From Bacteroidales bacterium (GTDB taxonomy: Bacteria; Bacteroidota; Bacteroidia; Bacteroidales; UBA4181): a DNA stretch of 21,930 nucleotides. Below the pieces are notes generated by a model that was not told where the DNA came from, searched no databases, and saw nothing but the letters and a program-made list of their open reading frames with translations. Made by a program: the position numbers and the translations under genes. This document shows positions 16,701 to 21,930 of the stretch, in pieces. Where the stretch lies: contig JAISCQ010000206.1 in the NCBI GenBank assembly GCA_031265445.1, positions 1 through 21,930 of the forward strand, read 5' to 3'. The first letter of the stretch is position 1, and each line of letters opens with the position of its first letter.

Positions 16701-18784
16701 GCTACGGCTTCGCGATTGCGTAACGAGTCGATCTTCCGCTTGAGCTGCGCCCGCAGTTCGTTGAGCGACGAGAAGATGAGCGATATTTTTTCGATGATGC
16801 GCGTGGCTTGTGTGGTATCCTCTATTTTCAGGCTGTTGAGGATGTCGATAAGCAATTCCAGTTCCGACGAGATGAGTTTGCAGTTTTCGTCCACCCTGTT
16901 GGCATCGATCACCTTGGTTACTTCCTCCACGCGCGCTTTTTCGGCAACCGTTTTTTCTTCGTAGGGCGCCAGCGCTTCGTCGCGGAGCAGAAATTCGACA
17001 GTCTTTGCAGACAGGATCGTATTGGTTTCGGCCAACCGGTTTTTCAATTCGTTTACACGGGTTATATCCGCGTACTTCACGTTGCCCAGTTCAATAACTT
17101 CACCTTGCAGGCGTCGTGTTTCGGCCAGCAGTTTTACCAACGAGTCCAGCGTATCGAATTTGGCGTGCTTGATGCGGAACATCAGCGCATCCACCTTGTC
17201 GACCGTGATCGTGAGTTGCTGTGCGGCGTGCTTTTTCTGCGCCTGCACCTTTTCGAACTCATCAATGGCAGTGTTGGCTATTTTCTTGATTTCCTTCAAC
17301 GGATCGGACATCCTGAAAGCAGCATCGTCCGACACCCAGAAATAGGCATCGACAATGTCGTTCGACTTCTTCACAATATCCTCATAAAGGCCTTCGTACG
17401 AGTCCTCTTTGTTGATCAGGTAAATGACCTCCTGACATTCGGCCATTACCTTCACAATATCCTTGTTGCCGATCTTGTAGAGTTGGTTACCGCATTTTTC
17501 CGGATTCTCGATGAGTCGTTCCTGATAAGGCGTCTGCCAAATCTGCACCTGGTGATGGCGCGTGGCTTCCACCTCGGAGCGGAAATAAATGAGCGCGCCG
17601 TCGCCAAAGAACGTGAAACCGTTGCAGATAATCGGCGTTTCCACTTGCTGCCGGATGATGTTGTACGACATCAGCACGTAGATATTGCGCTCATGCTGGT
17701 AAAAGATGTACAGGAAATCCTCGCCGTTGGGCGATGTCATTTTGCGGAAAAATTCGAGGTTCGACAGGTCATTGTCGAAAATTTTGTATTCGCCGTTTTG
17801 CAGGTAATAGCCATTGGGGAAGATCACGCCGTGATGGTCGGGCAGCAGGATACCGGCATCATTGAGCATCGGTATGTTGTGCACTTCCCTGGTCCGGGTA
17901 TTGAACACGAACGCGCGGTAACTTTCCTGATAGGGCTTGATGCGCACCAGGATCAGGTTGCCCAGGTCGGCGTAGTAATACTCGGCGTCGTCTAACTGCT
18001 GGTCTTTATTTTCGACTTTTTCGGCATAGATACCCTTGCCGGTCTGCGTATTGTCCTCAATCTTGAAGGTAATATCGCCGCCAACGGCTTCAATAAAAAC
18101 CCTGTCGAGCACCGACACATGCGGATATACGCCTAACCGGCGGTCTTCGAGGGTCGTTTTCGTCCATTTAAATTCGTGCTGTTCGGCGCGTTTCACCTCG
18201 TGGATGCTGCGATCATCCCGATATATCAGCCTGTCGCCCTTGATCAGCCACTTGAAGGCTTTCAGGTCGTCGACATTCTTTCCGGTCTGGAAAATCATGT
18301 ACAGGTAATTTTCCGTCCGGCGGAAACGCGAAAAGATGGAGTCGCGGTAATATCTGTACAGGTTTTTATAATCGTTCACAAACTGTTCATCATCGATCAG
18401 GTCGAGCGATTGCGGTATAAACTGGTGGTCCTCGAAACGGTAGATGCTGAACACGTCGCTCAACTGTATGTCCGATCGCAGCCCGAAATGCACGTTGTAG
18501 CCGAAAATACAAAGTTTCCCGAAGGCCATGATACCGCGCGACACGCAATTGTTCTCGGTGTTGATGCGCTGGTTGGCCAGCAGTGTGAAATCGATGGCGC
18601 GGAAAACCTCCTTGCGGGCATCGTTGAGCCGGCCAAGCCGCTGCGACAGATCGTCGCGCTGTGCAAAAAGCCGCTTGCGGATGATTTCGTATGTGCCGGC
18701 GTCTAATGTCTCGGCTGGCTGGTTGGTGTCTTGCATTGATGTCTTTGTTGATTCGGAATTTTTTCCCGTCAAGGATACATTCAT
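13784..18784 (-). CDS. Giant (1666 aa) uncharacterized multidomain protein containing a MoxR/AAA_5-type AAA+ ATPase module near its C-terminus
   Basis: A long uninterrupted ORF with strong codon structure. The AAA_5 signature reads LLLVSPPGYGKTTLMEYLAKTMG (Walker A), then LYLDDIQHCSPEFLQKFISLADGQRKMDG (Walker B), then RFCVVMAGNPYTESGEKFRIPDMLANRADVY (sensor-1). The N-terminal ~480 aa are aromatic- and beta-strand-rich, and residues ~500-850 form an extended charged coiled-coil. No TM segment or signal peptide is present. It is co-directional with, and 50 bp downstream of, the flotillin gene. Confidence 0.85.
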   Translation of the reverse strand: MNVSLTGKNSESTKTSMQDTNQPAETLDAGTYEIIRKRLFAQRDDLSQRLGRLNDARKEVFRAIDFTLLANQRINTENNCVSRGIMAFGKLCIFGYNVHFGLRSDIQLSDVFSIYRFEDHQFIPQSLDLIDDEQFVNDYKNLYRYYRDSIFSRFRRTENYLYMIFQTGKNVDDLKAFKWLIKGDRLIYRDDRSIHEVKRAEQHEFKWTKTTLEDRRLGVYPHVSVLDRVFIEAVGGDITFKIEDNTQTGKGIYAEKVENKDQQLDDAEYYYADLGNLILVRIKPYQESYRAFVFNTRTREVHNIPMLNDAGILLPDHHGVIFPNGYYLQNGEYKIFDNDLSNLEFFRKMTSPNGEDFLYIFYQHERNIYVLMSYNIIRQQVETPIICNGFTFFGDGALIYFRSEVEATRHHQVQIWQTPYQERLIENPEKCGNQLYKIGNKDIVKVMAECQEVIYLINKEDSYEGLYEDIVKKSNDIVDAYFWVSDDAAFRMSDPLKEIKKIANTAIDEFEKVQAQKKHAAQQLTITVDKVDALMFRIKHAKFDTLDSLVKLLAETRRLQGEVIELGNVKYADITRVNELKNRLAETNTILSAKTVEFLLRDEALAPYEEKTVAEKARVEEVTKVIDANRVDENCKLISSELELLIDILNSLKIEDTTQATRIIEKISLIFSSLNELRAQLKRKIDSLRNREAVAEFSAQLTLLEQSVANYLELAASLPKCDEYFAKASIQVEEMEGKFADFDEFIGKIADKRDEITKAFDGRKAQLMEQINRRSSSLEQIGLRVLKNIENKAQSFKTKEEIQSFFSSDLMIDKVRQLVDDLKSLGDVSKAENLENSLKTSREDALRVLKDRNELFVDGQQIISLGTHKFTVNRQPLDLTVVRRDNRLFYHLMGTGFFHELRSERLAAYRDYWEQETVSENAQVYRAEYLAWQTFAEKSKTKDFDPKAFITHKVEQCYSESYVKGVHDDDAVRIYQMLEAVNKELGILSFTPRIRASAQLLWYSLEDMQRDRLIKMIASASSVLKVFPESDHYKYVMERIKELFRKEDPESEKSLRFPLPSGGVFSLPCGEEGRESLIAEYLFREFSASPSFTKSEQAETLKKDFLHYLGKKDFLHRFETDIRDESFDQAERFHLTCNWLESFIDESKNCEQLRKYPEEAACLLLFDTGGEYILHRSGDQMDTDGLKGNHAVIVNGFYAQDYHRFVDRMTYFTETCVPAYNEFIHLKETLVADFKKTLKLNELKPRVLTSFVRNKLINEVYLPLIGANLAKQLGVAGEDKRTARMGMLLLVSPPGYGKTTLMEYLAKTMGLTFVKINGPTIGHSITSIDPSEAKTSGAREELKKINLSFEMADSVMLYLDDIQHCSPEFLQKFISLADGQRKMDGTFDGESKTYDLRGKRFCVVMAGNPYTESGEKFRIPDMLANRADVYNLGDVIGGSEDLFRLSLLENAMAENSCLQKVGSKSFADFYRLIRFVETGDETLLNLEGNHTRQDVDDFIAVARHAMQVRETVLQVNRQYIASAATKDAYRTEPPFKLQGSYRDMNKMTGLILPLMNAAEVDTLILNHYESEAQTLTSDNEANLLKLKEITGKLTDSDRNRWEAIKTIFLKNNKLAGIGQDNPMGQVIAQLAQFNEGLEGIKAALATAVSSSAPLVPPDGKFGVSNP

Positions 18785-18790
18785 GTAAGA

Positions 18791-18820
18791 CCTGATCAGG
18801 TTTTTGAAAAACCTGACAGG
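18791..18820. other. Intra-operon hairpin CCTGATCAGGTTTTT-g-AAAAACCTGACAGG between the flotillin stop and the giant ATPase start
   Basis: A 10-bp perfect stem (TCAGGTTTTT/AAAAACCTGA) with flanking near-complementary arms. It contains the same CCTGACAGG motif as the hairpins at 3641 and 7096. The internal CCTGATCAGG is itself palindromic. Confidence 0.55.
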
Positions 18821-18834
18821 TCATGACGTTCGGC

Positions 18835-20952
18835 TTACACCAGCTTTTTGTTCGATACGCCCAATGCTTTTGCGGCGCTTAGCAACCGCCCCAGCATGCC
18901 TTTTTCCCCATCGTCCGAGCGTTGCTGCATTTTGAGGATCAGGCCGGCGATACTCAGATTCTTGATGTCTTCGGACGAGATATTCAATTTATCGGCAAAC
19001 TCGCGGATCTTGCCGTATAAGTCGCCGCTGCCGTTCACATCCAGCAGGGCATCCCTGATCTGCCTGGCGGTAGCGCTTTCTTCCACCAGCCGGTCGAAGC
19101 CCCTGGCAGTGGATATCTGCTTGATGATGTTGTCGAAGAACATGGTTTCGCCACCCACGATATCGATGTCCGCCGACTTCATGGCTTCGGCCAATACTTC
19201 GGCCTGCGCTTCGGCAATATCCTTCTGGATGCTGATTTGCGCCAGTTCCACGTCTTTTTCCTTCTGCAACAGGAGTTTAAATTCTTCATGTTCCTTACCC
19301 ACGCCGTCGAATTTCTTCATCGCCTCGGCTTTTTCTTCGATACCGGCTGCGTCGGCCAGCGCTTTTTCTTTCACGCCTGCTGCTTCGGCCAGCGCTTTCT
19401 GCTTGATCACTTCGGCTTCAGCCAGTCCTTCTTTCTTTTTAGCTTCGGCGCGCGCTTCGATACCAGCGGCTTCGGCGCGTGCTCTCTTTTCGATGACGGC
19501 TGCTTCGGCTTGTCCCTGTTTTTCGATAGCGGCTGCCTGCGCATGCATTACTTCGGCTTCGGCCAGTCCCTTGGTCGCTTCTTCGCGGGCTTGCGCTTCC
19601 ACAAGTACCTTACGGGCTTCGGCCTGTTTTACCGATGCTTCCTTGCGGGCTTCAGCGTCAATCAGCAATTCTTTTGCGCTTGCTTCGGCGTCGATCACTT
19701 TCTGCGCGGCTTTTTCTGCGGCGGCTTTCTTCTCCGCTTCGGCTTCCTTTACGGTGATGATCAGGCGCTGCTCGGCTTCCTGACTGGCGGCAGTGATCCC
19801 TACCTGTTTCTGGCGGTCGATTTCGCGGAACGCTTCGATATCCTTCATGTTCTGTTTTTCTTCTACCACGCTTTTTTCCAATTGTACCCGTTCGCGGATC
19901 ACGTCCTGGATGTTCTTCTTTTCTTCTTCAATTACCTTTTCCTTGTCGATCTGCGCCAGGGTCACGATCCGTTCGCGTTCGGTCTGTTCCAGCGCACGGT
20001 CTTTTTCCACGCGTTCCTTTTCCACGGCTTCGGTGCGTTCCTTGTTCTTTTCGGCGATGATGATCTGGCGCAGCTTGTTTTCTTCCTGTACGGCAAGGCT
20101 TTCCTCAGTATTGATGCGTACGCTCTGGCATTTTAGACGTTCTTCCTCACGCACCTTGATAATTTCCGCTTCTTCGCGGGCTTTCACGTTGTCGATTTCG
20201 CGCTTCTGCTTTTCTTCTTTTTCGGCCAATTGGCGTTCGAGTTCCAGGATTGCTTCGCGGGCTTCCACATTCTGTTTCTTGATGGTTCTCTCCTCATCGC
20301 GGCGGATCTGGTTTGCCTTGATATTCTGGGCTGCGGTAAGTTCGGTAATCTTCTTGATACCTTCCGAGTCGAGGATATTTTCGGGACTCAAGTATTGCAA
20401 GTCGGTCTGCTCGAGGTAGTCAATGGCACAGTCGTCCAGAATATAGCCATTCAGGTCGGTCCCGATGATGTTCAGTATCTCGTCGCGGAACTCGCGGCGG
20501 GCTTCATATAACTCGATGAAATCGAATTTTTTCCCTACGGTTTTCAAGGCTTCCGAAAACTTCGACTCGAAAAGACTTTTCAGCGTCAATACGTCGCTGG
20601 CTCGCTCGCAACCAATGGTTTGCGCTACGTTGATCACATCGCCGGCCGATTTGTTCACGCGGATAAAAAACGCCACCTTAATGTCGGCGCGGATGTTGTC
20701 CTTACAGATCAGCCCGTCGTGTCGCGAACGCTCGATTTCGAGCTTTTTCACGGAAATATCCATGATTTCCATCTTGTGGAAAACAGGAATGACATACATC
20801 CCTTTGTTGAAGGCGATTTTGGTACCCCCGACGCCCGTTCGTACAATGGATTTCCCTTGCGGTATTTTCTTGTAGAACGATGCTAATAAAGCCAGCAAGA
20901 CTAATATCACAAAAAATACAGTCCCTGCTAAGATGACAATGATTTGTCCCAT
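18835..20952 (-). CDS. Flotillin-like SPFH/band-7 family protein (FloT/YqiK-like) with an N-terminal TM anchor and an extended Glu/Ala-rich coiled-coil
   Basis: An N-terminal TM helix (IIVILAGTVFFVILVLLALLASF) is followed by an SPFH domain (GKSIVRTGVGGTKIAFNKGMYVIPVFHKMEIMDISVKKLEIER ... DNIRADIKVAFFIRV). Long EA/K-rich flotillin repeats follow (AEAEVIKQKALAEAAGVKEKALADAAG...). Length is 705 aa. Confidence 0.85.
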   Translation of the reverse strand: MGQIIVILAGTVFFVILVLLALLASFYKKIPQGKSIVRTGVGGTKIAFNKGMYVIPVFHKMEIMDISVKKLEIERSRHDGLICKDNIRADIKVAFFIRVNKSAGDVINVAQTIGCERASDVLTLKSLFESKFSEALKTVGKKFDFIELYEARREFRDEILNIIGTDLNGYILDDCAIDYLEQTDLQYLSPENILDSEGIKKITELTAAQNIKANQIRRDEERTIKKQNVEAREAILELERQLAEKEEKQKREIDNVKAREEAEIIKVREEERLKCQSVRINTEESLAVQEENKLRQIIIAEKNKERTEAVEKERVEKDRALEQTERERIVTLAQIDKEKVIEEEKKNIQDVIRERVQLEKSVVEEKQNMKDIEAFREIDRQKQVGITAASQEAEQRLIITVKEAEAEKKAAAEKAAQKVIDAEASAKELLIDAEARKEASVKQAEARKVLVEAQAREEATKGLAEAEVMHAQAAAIEKQGQAEAAVIEKRARAEAAGIEARAEAKKKEGLAEAEVIKQKALAEAAGVKEKALADAAGIEEKAEAMKKFDGVGKEHEEFKLLLQKEKDVELAQISIQKDIAEAQAEVLAEAMKSADIDIVGGETMFFDNIIKQISTARGFDRLVEESATARQIRDALLDVNGSGDLYGKIREFADKLNISSEDIKNLSIAGLILKMQQRSDDGEKGMLGRLLSAAKALGVSNKKLV

Positions 20953-21364
20953 ATTTGTTGATTTTTATTGGTTTATGATTGTTAATTATGATTCTCAATT
21001 AGAAGGTTCGAAATTTCCGAAATTATCTTTTTATTTCGTCCCTGCGGTACGATTTGAGGGTTGAAGTCTGCTTTGACTTGCCTTTGCCTGCATAAAACTG
21101 CGGTGCAAATTTACTGTTTTTTCCGAAACCACATCAATATTTCGTGATTTTGTCCATAAACAGGGGCAAAATCAGGACACTTCCCAAAAACTACCTTCCA
21201 AAAATTTCCTGTTCATTGCTAAGCCAATTTTCGACAGCGCACAGACAATATCGGACATAATAATTGGTATTGACGGTTTACTATACCGTATCTTTGCGGC
21301 CCGGAAAAATAATATATGAATAAAAAGCGTTACCTTTGTGCCGTTTGATTGTCAGGACAATAAT

Positions 21365-21537
21365 ATGCCAAAAATATACGATAACATAGAAAATCACCTT
21401 TCAAAAGGACTTAACGAAACGCTTGGTTTGTCGCAGCGGACAGATTTTGCGTGGGATATTTCAATTTAAGAGGATGATTTTATCATCAATTACGATATAA
21501 AATATCGGATGGGCAAAGAGTTAAACGAGGATGAGTA
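21365..21537 (+). pseudogene. Decayed N-terminal remnant of a PLD/HKD-nuclease-helicase-type (defense-island helicase) gene
   Basis: A 34-codon ORF (MPKIYDNIENHLSKGLNETLGLSQRTDFAWDISI, then stop) resembles the characteristic N-terminus of HKD/PLD-domain-fused SF2 helicases (M-K-[IL]-x-D-N-x(4)-L-x(3)-L-x(3)-L-x(2)-[SG]-x-R-x-[DK]-[FI]-A). The same frame continues after the stop (EDDFIINYDIKYRMGKELNEDE, then stop), and no downstream body follows. Confidence 0.3.
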
Positions 21538-21559
21538 AGAATTAGAACAGAAAATTATT

Positions 21560-21930
21560 ATGATAAATTTAGAAAAAATATCGGAATACAAAGAAAACAA
21601 CCAACTTGAACTGAAATTGGCACAGGGGCGAGATGGTCGGGGTGCAATTCCTGCGTCAATATGGGAAACATATTCGGCGTTTGCAAATACTGACGGCGGC
21701 TTGATTTTACTTGGAGTAAACGACAATCTTGAAGTTGTCGGCATTGCAAATCCCGAAAAATTAGTGCAGGACTTTTGGAACCTGCTCAACAGTAAGAGCA
21801 AAGTAAATCGTAATATTTTAATGGAGCGCAATGTCAAAATTGAGGCGGCAGAAGGGAAGAAAATTATTTCTATCACAGTGCCGCGAGCCGAAAGGAGTTT
21901 GCGACCGATATTTCTTGGCAAAGACCCTTA
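21560..21930 (+). CDS. AlbA_2 / 'divergent AAA' (Schlafen-like) putative DNA-binding domain protein, 5' partial, running off the right edge
   Basis: The ATG at 21560 is open to the window end. The translation MINLEKISEYKENNQLELKLAQGRDGRGAIPASIWETYSAFANTDGGLILLGVNDNLEVVGIANPEKL... matches the AlbA_2 (PF04326) N-terminal signature (E.....E.K.....lp..i...isAfAN..GG.i.iGv.d.g.v.G). It is absent from the ORF track only because no stop lies within the window. Confidence 0.7.
   Translation, partial: MINLEKISEYKENNQLELKLAQGRDGRGAIPASIWETYSAFANTDGGLILLGVNDNLEVVGIANPEKLVQDFWNLLNSKSKVNRNILMERNVKIEAAEGKKIISITVPRAERSLRPIFLGKDP

Noticed and set aside
14084-18706. Many plus-strand ORFs of 60-395 aa (14084-14743, 14816-15292, 15689-16366, 16808-17995, 18176-18706 and others)
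   Set aside because: All lie antisense within the 5-kb giant ATPase gene. Such long ORFs on the opposite strand are expected from codon bias, and none shows motifs.
18848-20419. Plus-strand ORFs of 311, 299 and 208 aa opposite the flotillin gene
   Set aside because: They are Ser/Ala/Phe-rich low-complexity translations of the antisense of the Glu/Ala/Lys-rich coiled-coil-coding repeats. They are shadows of the flotillin gene.

Overview
This looks like a Bacteroidota (Bacteroidales-like) chromosomal segment. Two -7 TAnnTTTG promoter motifs (one with a -33 TTTG) are the main evidence for that placement. The left half is mostly housekeeping: a 3-hydroxybutyryl-CoA dehydrogenase-like gene, acetate kinase, a 1117-aa UvrD/AddA-like helicase fused to a RecB-type PD-(D/E)xK nuclease, tRNA-Leu(CAA), an outer-membrane beta-barrel porin, a DUF362 Fe-S protein, XerD and a GNAT acetyltransferase. 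The right half looks accessory. It carries two tandem Rpn-family PD-(D/E)xK nuclease paralogs and a two-gene operon encoding a 705-aa flotillin-like SPFH protein followed by a 1666-aa uncharacterized MoxR/AAA_5-type ATPase. Beyond that lie a decayed N-terminal remnant of an HKD/PLD-helicase-like gene and a partial AlbA_2 (Schlafen-like) gene. Three non-coding structures are notable. One is a 7-unit, 42-bp-period tandem repeat array with a palindromic core immediately 3' of xerD. One is a 4x 21-bp CGCATGCG-containing repeat between the convergent ackA and helicase genes. One is a family of CCTGTCA..TGACAGG hairpins, two of which bracket the helicase gene and one of which sits inside the flotillin-ATPase operon. 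The most plausible previously undescribed system is the flotillin plus giant AAA+ ATPase module and its nuclease-rich neighbourhood. No CRISPR array, rRNA or intact transposase was seen.
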